Positions 1 to 10,466 are shown, counted from the stretch's first letter. The stretch is 64,000 bases of DNA from Thermoproteota archaeon (GCA_029258885.1 JAPDJW010000009.1:32001-96000); one strand, 5' to 3'. Notes: generated from the sequence alone by a model not told the origin. Program-made: numbers and translations.

Positions 1-2128
1 CTCTACTTAAATGTTTCAATGCAAGCTCAGCAAACGCCTGTCCAAGCATATACTGGAAGGAGTACGCTAGATCCATAAATCCTGCATCAGCGGCGAGTTC
101 AATAACGTATTCAAATGCCTTAGATATATTGATCTCAAAGCTGGAGGTTAATGGGAAGCATATAGAATCCACGAGCCTGCCCTGCCAAGAGAATTCCTCA
201 AGCTTTATAGCAGGCTCACCTTCATAGGTTCTCTCATAACATACCCCAAACAATGCTGAGAGGGCATCGAGAACCCTTCCAGTACTCGAAGCATATACAT
301 ACATTCCGTTATCAACCATTCTAATAATAGTCTCCAGCTCCCTGAACCCATGTTTAAGACCAGAGATAGCCTTAAATTTACTGAATATCTCAACTACCTC
401 CTGGAAATCCATGAAACTGTAGAGGATGCAGGCAAGCATTCTAGCAGGCCATCTTACGGTTAAATCTCCCCCCGCTAGGGGATAGTATTTAATATGTCCT
501 AGGCGTTTAAACTCCCCGTAGCTGGCTAGAATAACTTCACCACCCCATATAGCCCTATCAAGACCATATCCTGTGCCATCCATAGCTATTCCAACAATTC
601 TCTCTTCATGTATTCCGTTTTCACCCATAACTGAAGCGACGTGAGCGTGGTGGTGTTGAACAAATACTATTCTACAGGAATATTCCTCAGCCCACTTCCT
701 AGCAAGCCTAGTCGAGTAATAACGTGGATGCATGTCAGCAGCAACAACTGTATCCTCAGGCCTAATATCGTAAGCTTTAAGCAGAAACTTTAGCGCGCTA
801 ATTAAATACTCCCTATTATCCGGATCATCGGCATCACCGATATACTGAGTAAGAATAACCTTATCCTCAAACGCTACAGCGCCAGCAGAGGAGAGATCCG
901 CACCAAAGGCTACTACACACCTATTGAATTTCAGGGGAACTTTAATCCAAGCTGGCGCATATCCACGGCTTCTTCTCAGAAAAGTGTACGTGTTATATGT
1001 TCTCCTTATAACGCTATCATCACACCTATTAACAATAATCCTATTATGAAGGAGAAAGTAATCCACAATATCCCTTAGATCATGCAGCGCATTACGATTA
1101 TCTATGTTTATCGGCTTACCACTCTTGTTGCCGCTAGTCATTATAAGGAACCTATCCCGAGTACTCATAAGCAGAAGATAGTGTAAGCCCGTATAAGGCA
1201 ACATTACACCTAAGCTCCTCAACCCCGGAGCAACATATCCAGAGACGGGAGCACCTTCTCTCCTCGGCAGAACTAATATCGGTTTCTGAGGAGAAGATAG
1301 AATCATTAAGTCTTCATCATTAAGCTCCACCAACTTAGAGGCTATACTCAAATTTAAAGCCATAAGAGCAAAGGGCTTAGCTGGTCTCCTCTTCCTTCTC
1401 CTCAACTCTAACACGACATCATCATTTGATGCAAGCGCGGCTATATGGAAGCCTCCAAGCCCCTTAACAGCAACAATATATCCCTCATCGATAAGTTTAG
1501 CAGCTTCGGCTATTGGATCATCTGTAGGAACCTCTTCGCCCTTCCTGTCAACTAGAAAGACCTTAGGGCCGCATTCAGGACAGCTAATCCCCTGAACATG
1601 ATATCTTCTAATATTCCCTACATCCCTATATTCGCTTAAACACTTGCGGCAGAGGGGGAAGTCTTTCATCGCAGTATTCTCTCTATCATAAATTGCGGAG
1701 TACATGTAGGTAAACCTAGGCCCACACCAAGCACACGAGTTAAAGGCGTATCTAAACCGCCTATCCCTAGGATTCAATATTTCAGCAAGGCAGTCATCGC
1801 AAATACCTATATCCGGAGGTATCATTGAGTATCCTTTAACTTTAGCACTGCTAGGCATAATCTTAAACTCAACGTAGCCCCTAGGTGTAACGTCCTCGGC
1901 CACTAACTCCTCTATAATAGCTGGAGGAGGCTTAAACTTAACAATACCTTCAATAAACCTCTCTACTCTATCCTCTTCGCCCTCAACCCATATCTCAACA
2001 CATGAGCCCCCAGTATTCTTGACGTATCCGGATAAGCCGTATCTAATCGCAAGCCTATGGATGAACGGTCTAAAGCCAACACCCTGAACAATACCTACAA
2101 CCTTAATGAGCTTAGCCCTAACAGTCAT
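1..2128 (-). CDS. hypF: Hydrogenase maturation carbamoyltransferase HypF (3' end runs off window; absent from ORF track)
   Basis: Manual translation from ATG at 2128: MTVRAKLIKVVGIVQGVGFRPFIHR (acylphosphatase-like domain), PPDIGICDDC...FNSCAWCGPRF and CRKC...CPECGP zinc fingers. The frame is still open at position 1 (FQYMLGQAFAELALKHLSR). Confidence 0.95.
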   Translation of the reverse strand, partial: MTVRAKLIKVVGIVQGVGFRPFIHRLAIRYGLSGYVKNTGGSCVEIWVEGEEDRVERFIEGIVKFKPPPAIIEELVAEDVTPRGYVEFKIMPSSAKVKGYSMIPPDIGICDDCLAEILNPRDRRFRYAFNSCAWCGPRFTYMYSAIYDRENTAMKDFPLCRKCLSEYRDVGNIRRYHVQGISCPECGPKVFLVDRKGEEVPTDDPIAEAAKLIDEGYIVAVKGLGGFHIAALASNDDVVLELRRRKRRPAKPFALMALNLSIASKLVELNDEDLMILSSPQKPILVLPRREGAPVSGYVAPGLRSLGVMLPYTGLHYLLLMSTRDRFLIMTSGNKSGKPINIDNRNALHDLRDIVDYFLLHNRIIVNRCDDSVIRRTYNTYTFLRRSRGYAPAWIKVPLKFNRCVVAFGADLSSAGAVAFEDKVILTQYIGDADDPDNREYLISALKFLLKAYDIRPEDTVVAADMHPRYYSTRLARKWAEEYSCRIVFVQHHHAHVASVMGENGIHEERIVGIAMDGTGYGLDRAIWGGEVILASYGEFKRLGHIKYYPLAGGDLTVRWPARMLACILYSFMDFQEVVEIFSKFKAISGLKHGFRELETIIRMVDNGMYVYASSTGRVLDALSALFGVCYERTYEGEPAIKLEEFSWQGRLVDSICFPLTSSFEINISKAFEYVIELAADAGFMDLAYSFQYMLGQAFAELALKHLSR

Positions 2129-2335
2129 TGCTACACCGTTAGATACGGCGAATTCTCATCAATTTAAGTAATGCTATAGCTTATTCTCAGCAATATACTT
2201 TACTACCGGATCAAAAACAATATACCACATTAATCTTAGCTAGATAACCATGGTTATAAGTTCTTTAAAAGTTCTCATATAACTTTTTATATAATATTTC
2301 ATTCATCTCTCCCAAGACAGTCCCCTAATGTTAAA

Positions 2336-2372
2336 GTATCTCCCCCCGATACCAGGTATCGCCCCCCGATAC
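2336..2372. promoter_or_regulatory. Tandem GTATC-N7-GATAC boxes (candidate transcription-factor operators)
   Basis: gtatctccccccgatac (2336-2352) and gtatcgccccccgatac (2356-2372) have a 20-bp period and sit just upstream of an AT-rich TATA-like stretch (2374-2385) between divergent hypF and the amidohydrolase. Confidence 0.55.
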
Positions 2373-2428
2373 TATATTATATTAAACAATGTATAAGGTA
2401 ATTGAATTCAAGATATGCGGTGGTATGT

Positions 2429-3574
2429 ATGTGGGCTATAAAATGCGACTTACTCTACACGGGTAAACCTAACGAAGTATTGAAGAACGTGTATATAGTG
2501 GTGGATGGAAGGAGGATAGCTGGCATAAGCCAGGAGAAGCCCGACTGTGAGGTAGTTTCGGAGGCACCCGTAGCGACACCAGCCTTCATTGATCCACATT
2601 CACACATAGGCATGGAGAGGGCGGGCGAACCATCGGCCGAGGGGGAGGCAAATGAGATGATGAAGTCCATAATAACGCTTGCAGACGCCCTGGATTCGAT
2701 ATACATGGACGACAAATCCTTTAAGGAGTCGATAGAACACGGGGTACTCTACTCCTGCGTACTTCCGGGAAGCGGTAACATTATAGGCGGTAAGGCTGTA
2801 GTTATAAGAAACTATGCATCTAATACCGAGGATGCATTTATAAAATACGCCGGTATAAAGGCTGCACTAGGATTCAACCCCAGGAGACAGACCCAGTACA
2901 AGGGCGATAGACCCTACACGAGGATGGGCGTAGTAGCACTATTCAGGAATGCATTAATTAACGCTAGAAAGCAGATGAAGCTTATAGAGAAGGGGAAGAA
3001 GGTTCCCGAGGAAATAGATCCTGAAACAGACATGTTAATGGATGTTTTAAGGGGTAAGCACGTATTGAGGGTACACTTACATAAGACGGATGACATAATG
3101 ACGCTACTAAGGCTGAGGTATGAGTTCGGGTTAAAAGTAACCATAGAGCATGCATGCGATGTCAACAACGAGGAGACATTCAGGAAGATTAAGGATGCAG
3201 GAATACCGATAGTCTACGGTCCAGTAGATGCCTTCGCATATAAGACCGAGCTTAAACACGAGAGCTGGAGGAATATAGGCAAACTAGTTAAGGTCAATCC
3301 CTTCTACGGACTAATGACCGATCATCCAGTAATACTACAGAGAAACCTACTGCTACAATTAAGGTTCTTCAGGAGGTTCGGATTAAGCAGGAGCGAATGT
3401 ATATCGATAATAACGAAGAATAATGCAGAGATACTCGGCTTAGATAGGGAGCTCGGAACGATAGAGCCTGGAAAGTGGGCGTCAATAGTATTGTGGAACG
3501 GCGATCCGTTCTCCCTCGAATCCTACCCAATAGAAGTCTACGCTGAGGGACGTAAGGTATACGGCGGCAAGTAG
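2429..3574 (+). CDS. Metal-dependent amidohydrolase (imidazolonepropionase-like family)
   Basis: PAFIDPHSH metal motif, VHLHK, IEHA, MTDHPV, GTIEPGKWASIVLWNGDP. The ORF track starts at 2402; ATG 2429 (MWAIK), after the SD-like GGTGG, is the likelier start. Confidence 0.85.
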   Translation: MWAIKCDLLYTGKPNEVLKNVYIVVDGRRIAGISQEKPDCEVVSEAPVATPAFIDPHSHIGMERAGEPSAEGEANEMMKSIITLADALDSIYMDDKSFKESIEHGVLYSCVLPGSGNIIGGKAVVIRNYASNTEDAFIKYAGIKAALGFNPRRQTQYKGDRPYTRMGVVALFRNALINARKQMKLIEKGKKVPEEIDPETDMLMDVLRGKHVLRVHLHKTDDIMTLLRLRYEFGLKVTIEHACDVNNEETFRKIKDAGIPIVYGPVDAFAYKTELKHESWRNIGKLVKVNPFYGLMTDHPVILQRNLLLQLRFFRRFGLSRSECISIITKNNAEILGLDRELGTIEPGKWASIVLWNGDPFSLESYPIEVYAEGRKVYGGK

Positions 3575-3578
3575 GAGC

Positions 3579-4358
3579 ATGCCTATGAAGTTCTCCTTCG
3601 TTGATACGCACTGCCATATACACATGGAGGAGTTCGACCAAGATAGAGATGAAGTAATAAGAAGAGCCCGACAGACAGGCGTAGTCGCAATAGTAACCTC
3701 AAGCATAACCAGGGACGGTTTCTGGAGAGCTAGGAGGATAGTCAACAGTTATCAGGGCTACGTACACCATTCGCTTGGGCTGGATCCATCTATAGTCGAC
3801 TTTAAGATAGCAAGGGAGATGATGGAGCTAGCCGAGGAGTACTACGATAAGATAATAGCAATAGGGGAAGTTGGATTAGACTACTGGAGAGTAAAGGATC
3901 CCGGATTAAGGGAGAGGCAAAAGCTAATTTTCATAGAATGGATTAAGCTAGCTAAAAAGCTCGACAAACCAATAGTAGTACACTCCAGAAGCGCTGGCAA
4001 ATACGCCATAGAGATATTATTGAGGTACTCAGCCACAAGGGTATTAATGCACGCGTTCGACGGCAGGCCATCGAGAGCTAAGCTGGGCGTACTAAACGGC
4101 TTCTACTTCTCAATCCCTCCCTCGGTAAACTACTCCAACCAGAAGATGAAGCTAGCCAAAAACATACCTCTTGAAAACCTCGTACTGGAGACGGACTCCC
4201 CAGTGTTAGCCCCCGAGAGGGGCGTCAGGAATGAGCCTGCAAATATAGTGTACAGCGCTAGGAAGATATCGGAGTTAAAGGGGATAGAGCTTAAGGAAGT
4301 AGCTAAGGCGACAACTAGAAACGCTGAAGAGCTTTATAACATGGAGTTTACAGCCTAA
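3579..4358 (+). CDS. tatD: TatD family nuclease, paralog 1
   Basis: DTHCH, AIGEVGLDY, VHSR, MHAF, ETDSP, RNEP motifs. Confidence 0.92.
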   Translation: MPMKFSFVDTHCHIHMEEFDQDRDEVIRRARQTGVVAIVTSSITRDGFWRARRIVNSYQGYVHHSLGLDPSIVDFKIAREMMELAEEYYDKIIAIGEVGLDYWRVKDPGLRERQKLIFIEWIKLAKKLDKPIVVHSRSAGKYAIEILLRYSATRVLMHAFDGRPSRAKLGVLNGFYFSIPPSVNYSNQKMKLAKNIPLENLVLETDSPVLAPERGVRNEPANIVYSARKISELKGIELKEVAKATTRNAEELYNMEFTA

Positions 4359-4416
4359 TTTTTCTTTAGTTAATCCTTATTTACCATAGGTTACATCTAG
4401 TAGATGGTGTGTCCTT

Positions 4417-5169
4417 ATGAATGATGTTAATGCATTACAGAAGCTTGGCTTCAGGGATAGGGAGGCGAGAATTCTCGCTGAGTTAATGAAAAATATGTGG
4501 ATGACCGTTGATGAAATAGCTAATAGGACGGGAATTAAAAGACCTCATGTATACGTTATTCTTAATGATCTACAGCGTAGAGGCTTCATAGTTAAAAGCG
4601 CTGGAAGACCATCAAAATATGCTCTAAATCCCGACTTAGAGCTCTTTAAGAAGCTAGCTGTGAGAAAGATAGAGGAAATAAATGAGTCGATAGAAACATT
4701 GGCTAAAACGTTAAGTAGTAGAAGGCTAAAATCCGGTATGGCTATGTATAGCGACGCTCAACTATTCATCAAAAACCTCCTAGATCATTTAAATAGGGTA
4801 TCCATGAGAGCGTGGGCTTCAGTGCCAACCCCCTTGGTTTTAGATATTAACCTTCCAAAACTACTACGCAATCTTGCTTTAAAAGGCATTGAGGTAAGGC
4901 TAATAATCGGTGACTTTGACTACTTTAAGAATAGGCATCACGACTACAGGTTTTTAAGATACGTTGAGCCGCTCCCCCCTTTTATACTATTCTTTCTTGA
5001 CGATACAGTCTATCTCGGCCTCATATATAATAGCAGGGTAGTGTATGGCTTCATAGTCTACGATGAAAAGCTTGTCCAGAACCTAGAGAAGTATTTTGAG
5101 CACATATGGAGCGAGGATTATGCTAAGACGCTATATAGAGTTAAGGCTAGGTATCCAAGGCCGTATTAG
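4417..5169 (+). CDS. TrmB family transcriptional regulator
   Basis: N-terminal wHTH (LGFRDREARILAEL...EIANRTGIKRPHVY..L..L...GF...GRPSKY) plus a PLD-like C-terminal effector domain ending F..IW. Confidence 0.85.
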   Translation: MNDVNALQKLGFRDREARILAELMKNMWMTVDEIANRTGIKRPHVYVILNDLQRRGFIVKSAGRPSKYALNPDLELFKKLAVRKIEEINESIETLAKTLSSRRLKSGMAMYSDAQLFIKNLLDHLNRVSMRAWASVPTPLVLDINLPKLLRNLALKGIEVRLIIGDFDYFKNRHHDYRFLRYVEPLPPFILFFLDDTVYLGLIYNSRVVYGFIVYDEKLVQNLEKYFEHIWSEDYAKTLYRVKARYPRPY

Positions 5170-5907
5170 GTGGTTGCACTGTTTGTAGATATTCACTGCC
5201 ACCTCTACGAGTTTGATCCAAGGGAAATAAGCAGGTTTAGCAATATGATCATTGTCGCAGTATCCGATGACCTAAATTCCTCAATAAAGACCCTAAAACT
5301 AGCTGAAACTTATGGGAATGTTGTTCCATGCGTAGGTCTTCATCCATGGGAAATAGATGAGAATTCACTAGACGTAATTGATAGAATTATAGATATAGCC
5401 ATTAAAGCTAACGTTAAGTGTTTCGGGGAAATAGGTCTTGATAAAAAATTCGTACCGGAAAGCTATGAGCTTCAGTATGAAATATTTAAGGAATTCATCG
5501 ATGCGGCGGTTAAATATAATATAGCTCTAAACATACATGCAGCCGGGGCTTGGAGGGATGTTTTCAAGCTAATATATAGGCGCGATATTTCCAGGGCGGT
5601 TTTCCACTGGTATACTGGTCCGCTCGATCTATTGAAGGAGATAGTTGAATCAGGATACTTCATATCCATTAACCCAGCGGTAAAAATACAGAAAAAGCAC
5701 CTGAGAGTTCTGGAGAAAACTCCTCTTGAAAACATTCTCACCGAGAGCGATGGATCATACAAGTATAGGGGGCTATATTTAACCCCACTCATGATTCCAG
5801 AAACCGTAGAGCTTATAGCTAAGGTTAAGGGCGTAGACTTAAACGTTGTTAAAAAGGTTATTATAGAAAACTTTAAGAAGTTTATAGGCGAGGCCGATAA
5901 TGAGTGA
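5170..5907 (+). CDS. tatD: TatD family nuclease, paralog 2
   Basis: DIHCH, GLHPW, FGEIGLD, IHA, FHWY, TESDG. Confidence 0.88.
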   Translation: MVALFVDIHCHLYEFDPREISRFSNMIIVAVSDDLNSSIKTLKLAETYGNVVPCVGLHPWEIDENSLDVIDRIIDIAIKANVKCFGEIGLDKKFVPESYELQYEIFKEFIDAAVKYNIALNIHAAGAWRDVFKLIYRRDISRAVFHWYTGPLDLLKEIVESGYFISINPAVKIQKKHLRVLEKTPLENILTESDGSYKYRGLYLTPLMIPETVELIAKVKGVDLNVVKKVIIENFKKFIGEADNE

Positions 5908-6241
5908 AGTTGTCACGGTAAAGATAACTAGACACTGTATCAAACGCATCGTTGAGAGAGCGCTCGTCTATGGCTTTAAGGAAGCCCTTAAGCTAATAGA
6001 TGAAATACTTAAGAACGGCTACATCGTTAGGAGGCGTAAAAACTTCATACTAGTAAACTTTAGAAATCACTATTTATTGTTGAGGGAGTGTAGGAATGGC
6101 TATCTAGCGTTAACCTATCTAGCTAAGGTCGAGCCTAGGGGTTTTAACGGCAAAGTTTATAGAGAAAAATTTCCAAAATATAGAATTGTGCTGAGTAGGA
6201 GGGCCAAAAGGAGGATAAAACATATATGTGGAGAGAAATAG
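5900..6241 (+). CDS. Small basic hypothetical protein, possibly DUF4258/RelE-like fold
   Basis: Overlaps both neighbours in operon style; ITRHCIKRIVER resembles the T.HA..RM.ER motif. Confidence 0.5.
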   Translation: MSEVVTVKITRHCIKRIVERALVYGFKEALKLIDEILKNGYIVRRRKNFILVNFRNHYLLLRECRNGYLALTYLAKVEPRGFNGKVYREKFPKYRIVLSRRAKRRIKHICGEK

Positions 6242-7263
6242 CTGTCGTATTATCGCTACTACTCGTCCTGACGAGCATCTCTTCGAAACCTCTTATAAGC
6301 TACTATAGTTACGATAGATCTGTTAAGCTTAATCCTGAGATAATTTTCTTTAAGGAGGGGGCCAACTATAAGGCGTATAAGGTTTACTACGATAGCATAA
6401 ACGGAGTTAGAGTACCAGCTCTTCTAATGCTACCTAAGAAGGGCAATCCCCCCTACCCATGTGTAGTATTTCTACATGGCTATGGAGGGCGTAAGGAGGA
6501 TGCGTTAAACATTGCAGAGATAGCTGGAGCAGAAGGCTACGCAGTATTTTCAATAGACGCTGTGTATCATGGAGAGCGGAAGGTTCCAGGCAAGGAAATG
6601 TATTCTCCAAACGTCACCGAATCGATTAGCGCGGTTATACAGACTGTAGTGGATCTCAGGAGAGGCATAGACTTCCTGAAAACTTTATCATATATAGATG
6701 GCAGTAGGATAGGCTACCTAGGGGGAAGTATGGGTGGAATTCTGGGTTCAATATTCATAGGTGTTGAACATAGAATTAAAGCGGCAGTTATAATTGTCGG
6801 GGGAGGCAACATGACCCTAATGATCATGACCAGCATACATCCCTCAGTCGTTAAAATTAGGGAGTACATGAAACAGCACAACCTAACTATAGACGAACTT
6901 AAGGACGTATTGCAGATAATCGACCCACTAAACTTCATAAATAACACGAATATACCGATACAGTTCCACCTAGGCAGGCACGATAAAATCGTACCCTACG
7001 AGGCAGGTCTCCAGCTATACGAGAAGGCTAACCAGCCCAAATTCCTATACGTATACGACTCAGGCCACGACGTCCCACTGGATATAGTAGCCATTAGAGT
7101 CCTAGACTTCTTCGATAAATATCTTAAGGAGGAGACGTGGCTCATATCTAGGGAGCAGTTCCGAATAATTATAAGCATGCTGATAGTATTAATCATGTGT
7201 TCAGCTATAGTAGCCATGGTATTCTACACATATAGGCTTACAAAATCTGGTAGAGCACTATGA
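6226..7263 (+). CDS. Secreted, C-terminally anchored alpha/beta hydrolase (esterase)
   Basis: Signal peptide, VFLHGYGG, nucleophile GGSMGG, GRHD..V, DSGHD, C-terminal TM helix. Confidence 0.85.
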   Translation: MWREIAVVLSLLLVLTSISSKPLISYYSYDRSVKLNPEIIFFKEGANYKAYKVYYDSINGVRVPALLMLPKKGNPPYPCVVFLHGYGGRKEDALNIAEIAGAEGYAVFSIDAVYHGERKVPGKEMYSPNVTESISAVIQTVVDLRRGIDFLKTLSYIDGSRIGYLGGSMGGILGSIFIGVEHRIKAAVIIVGGGNMTLMIMTSIHPSVVKIREYMKQHNLTIDELKDVLQIIDPLNFINNTNIPIQFHLGRHDKIVPYEAGLQLYEKANQPKFLYVYDSGHDVPLDIVAIRVLDFFDKYLKEETWLISREQFRIIISMLIVLIMCSAIVAMVFYTYRLTKSGRAL

Positions 7264-8768
7264 GAAGGTATATACTGATACTCATAATACTGGCATCCAT
7301 AGGCTACAACGCTTATTCGAAGCCCATATATGTAAGACCTAACTGGATTCTCAAGTACACGGGGGATATTAAGCTAACAGTATATACCCTTAAGCCCACA
7401 TCATACCCAATAGATCCTAAAATATGCCTAGAGGTAGAAGTCGAGCTAAATAATAGCAGAAACACGTATAAAGGATGCTATCTGCTTAAAACAGGGCATC
7501 GCATCTCAGGGAACCTCCCATGGAGCGTATTTCCACTAATTATACCTAGATACCTAGATTTAAACTCGAGTATAGAATTCGATGATGGAGAATGGAGGAG
7601 CACAGGCTTCGAATATATTATCTTCAAGGGTTACGGGATCAAGACCATAGTCTTTAGCAGGGGTAAGCTCTATAGGCTTTACGACTGGAATACCGGTCTG
7701 CTAATCAAGGGATACATAAGCTTCAGCGGAAAATACTATCTAATAGAGCTAAACGATACAAACCTAGAGTGGATATACATTAGGTACAGGAACTTCTATG
7801 TAGACTACAGAAACCTAACAATCTATCTAATGGAGATGAATAGAAGCTATACGTACGTATACCTCCACTCCATAGGCAAATCCGTCCTGGGCAACGATAT
7901 ATGGGCATTAGAAATAGGGCCTAGGAGTGGAAGAGCCATAGTAGTAAGCTCGTGTATCCACGGCCCTGAAATGCTCGGCATAAAGGTTTCAATATACGCA
8001 ATAAATAGAATAGTTTCAAATAAAACAATAATAGACTCCCTTAAAAACAGGAATATAAAACTGGTTTTCATAATGCCCCTAAATCCAGACGGCCTCGAAT
8101 TCTCGAAGCTCGCACCACCAGAGAGGGAGTACAGGGGCTACGTAAGGAAAAACGCTAGATACGTGGATCTAAACAGGAACTTCAACTTCAGCTGGAACAC
8201 CCAGCGGGCTTCAGCCGATGTAAACGCCTGGAATTACAAGGGGCCGAGCCCCCTATCGGAGCCCGAGGCTGTAGCTTTCTCCTCATATATAGCTGGAGAG
8301 GACGTAATCATGCACATAGACCTACACACCGGAGAGTACGGCGTAGTAATACCCCCAGCATACGGCGGAAAAGTCGATAAACTTGCAGAATACATCGGAA
8401 AGAAGATAGCTGAAATGATGAATCTACCCTACTATAGGGGCTCCATAATTTCAGCGGCATACCTACAGACCTACATGATCTATCAGAAAGGCTTAACCCT
8501 AGCATTCATAATAGAGCTACATACGAGCGATTCCCCAAGATGGTTTGAGAGATACAACGTTATATCGCAGTCGAAGCTGAACGATATATCGGAGAAATTC
8601 TATAAAATGATAGCCTACTTCGCCGACGAGTTCGACTGGAACAACATAAAGATTCCAGAGGAAGAGCCAAGCTACAGTAGGCTAGCTATCGTAACACTAA
8701 TAGCCATTATTTTAGCTGCCATGATAGTAGCAATATATAGAATGGCTAAGCAAGGATACAGAGTCTAA
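7260..8768 (+). CDS. Secreted, membrane-anchored M14 zinc carboxypeptidase-family protein
   Basis: IGKSVLGNDIW, IHGPE (HxxE), NPDG, RKNARYVDLNRNF, PLSEPE, DLHT, IIEL; N-terminal signal and C-terminal TM. Confidence 0.85.
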   Translation: MRRYILILIILASIGYNAYSKPIYVRPNWILKYTGDIKLTVYTLKPTSYPIDPKICLEVEVELNNSRNTYKGCYLLKTGHRISGNLPWSVFPLIIPRYLDLNSSIEFDDGEWRSTGFEYIIFKGYGIKTIVFSRGKLYRLYDWNTGLLIKGYISFSGKYYLIELNDTNLEWIYIRYRNFYVDYRNLTIYLMEMNRSYTYVYLHSIGKSVLGNDIWALEIGPRSGRAIVVSSCIHGPEMLGIKVSIYAINRIVSNKTIIDSLKNRNIKLVFIMPLNPDGLEFSKLAPPEREYRGYVRKNARYVDLNRNFNFSWNTQRASADVNAWNYKGPSPLSEPEAVAFSSYIAGEDVIMHIDLHTGEYGVVIPPAYGGKVDKLAEYIGKKIAEMMNLPYYRGSIISAAYLQTYMIYQKGLTLAFIIELHTSDSPRWFERYNVISQSKLNDISEKFYKMIAYFADEFDWNNIKIPEEEPSYSRLAIVTLIAIILAAMIVAIYRMAKQGYRV

Positions 8769-9004
8769 TAACTCTAAAGCTATTAAATGAGCAATTGTTT
8801 ATACCTAGATAAAGCTAAAATCTATTTAGTTACATGCCTTTAGCAAATTGCAAATCGCAGATCGAATATAAAGGATAGAGTTAAAATAGAATTGTTAAGT
8901 TTGGATTTTTAACAAAAATATCTAGCTGGTAAAGGATGATACTTATATATTCAGGAATATAAGTAATCTATTTTAGAAGATACTAAAATATACCGTGATA
9001 AATT

Positions 9005-10366
9005 ATGATTAAAAGTAAGCTCCTCTCTGCTATTATTTTAATTATTTCAATTATCATCTCAATCACATACTACGCATTCTATGGATATGCCAGTTCTAAT
9101 AGAAGAGGCACAGTACCTATATACTATATGATTGAGACTTTAGGTAAGAAGGTCGATGTTCAGGGATACTACCTTAGAAGGGATGATAAAGCTATGGCTG
9201 GTGTAGCCTATCAGGAGATATTTAAAGCGAAGGAGAGTTTAGGGCCGTGGAAGCTGACGCATTTCCGTAGAAGTATAACTTGGAATGCCGCAATTAATGT
9301 AAAACTTAATTTAATACTCTATGATAGAGTAGAGCTTTATCCCAAGTTTCTATCCCTCTGGCTTAAGCCAGGTGTAGATAGTCATACTATAGTTTTCGAT
9401 AGAAACGTTACGATAACCTACTCGTATGTCATGCCTGTATATATGATTGAAGGCTATATCAATTCTAGTATTGCCGCGGAATTCTCCGATTACATGTTAC
9501 TCGATTTAAATATCAATGTACCACCGTTTCCACATAGCTCAAGCTATCATGTAACGTTAATCTTTAATTCAAGTATTTTAAGTATTGAGAAGCTAAGCTT
9601 TAAGCCTGGAAACCTACCTGAAATGCTCACTCGGGAGGCTTCGCTTGAGGAGAAGTACTATAAGTCACATGTGATAAGGTTTGCTGACCTAGATAGAATA
9701 CTGTATATTTCATGTATTCCCAACGGCGTCATTAGCATTAGAGTCATGGTTGAAAAATACAGAGCTAGGCTTGAAGATAAACCACTATTTATGCTTCAGG
9801 CAGTCTATAGCTATCCTCCCAACTACCCAGTACCCATATTTAAGGTTGATAACTGGAGCCTGTATAGAGTAATGTTTAGATATAAATCAGGAATCGATTT
9901 TCACCCAGAACTTGCAGGCCATATAGGCTACATCTATTATTTCCAATCACATATCCTTGGAGACCGCTTAACTATTGGAATAGACAGCTTAAACAATGTA
10001 TATCCAATCGGTCTGCTACCTCCCCTCTACATTATAGGGCTTCCCACAGAATCTTGGAGCCTATATTGTTTAATTGGTGAGCTTAATTTCTCAGCGTACA
10101 GGCTTAACAATAAACTGCATTTAAGGCTTTATCTGCCGAACTTCACGGATATAACGTCAAGATATAGGCACGTGTTAACTCCTATATACCTGATATATGT
10201 ATATCTCAAATTCACACAGGTAGAGATATTGAAGGTTGAGCCGAGCCTACCTATAGACTACGCCATAGCCAATTATCCCTGCGGAACACTAATAGTCCTA
10301 TATGTTCGTCCTGAAGCTCAGCCAAAGCTTATCCCCCTTAAAGTAGAGCTAGTAGTAGAAGATTAA
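9005..10366 (+). CDS. Hypothetical protein with N-terminal membrane anchor/signal peptide
   Basis: 453-aa ORF, hydrophobic N-terminus, beta-rich; no motif recognised. Confidence 0.7.
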   Translation: MIKSKLLSAIILIISIIISITYYAFYGYASSNRRGTVPIYYMIETLGKKVDVQGYYLRRDDKAMAGVAYQEIFKAKESLGPWKLTHFRRSITWNAAINVKLNLILYDRVELYPKFLSLWLKPGVDSHTIVFDRNVTITYSYVMPVYMIEGYINSSIAAEFSDYMLLDLNINVPPFPHSSSYHVTLIFNSSILSIEKLSFKPGNLPEMLTREASLEEKYYKSHVIRFADLDRILYISCIPNGVISIRVMVEKYRARLEDKPLFMLQAVYSYPPNYPVPIFKVDNWSLYRVMFRYKSGIDFHPELAGHIGYIYYFQSHILGDRLTIGIDSLNNVYPIGLLPPLYIIGLPTESWSLYCLIGELNFSAYRLNNKLHLRLYLPNFTDITSRYRHVLTPIYLIYVYLKFTQVEILKVEPSLPIDYAIANYPCGTLIVLYVRPEAQPKLIPLKVELVVED

Positions 10367-10466
10367 ACATGCAAACCTATGTAAAGGACTATTCGTTTAT
10401 TTGGGATATTTTGGGAACGCTATATTTATATTTCTCTTTTTGTTTGGATGTTTGGTGCTATCAGGC

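Noticed and set aside
205-393. 62-aa ORF and the many other short antisense or nested ORFs in the track
   Set aside because: They are shadows overlapping well-supported genes (this one lies inside hypF in another frame).
2336-2372. C6/G6 boxes as replication-origin ORB elements
   Set aside because: They lack the TCCA-GTGGAA-type ORB core, and there is no cdc6/orc1 gene or large AT-rich unwinding element nearby.
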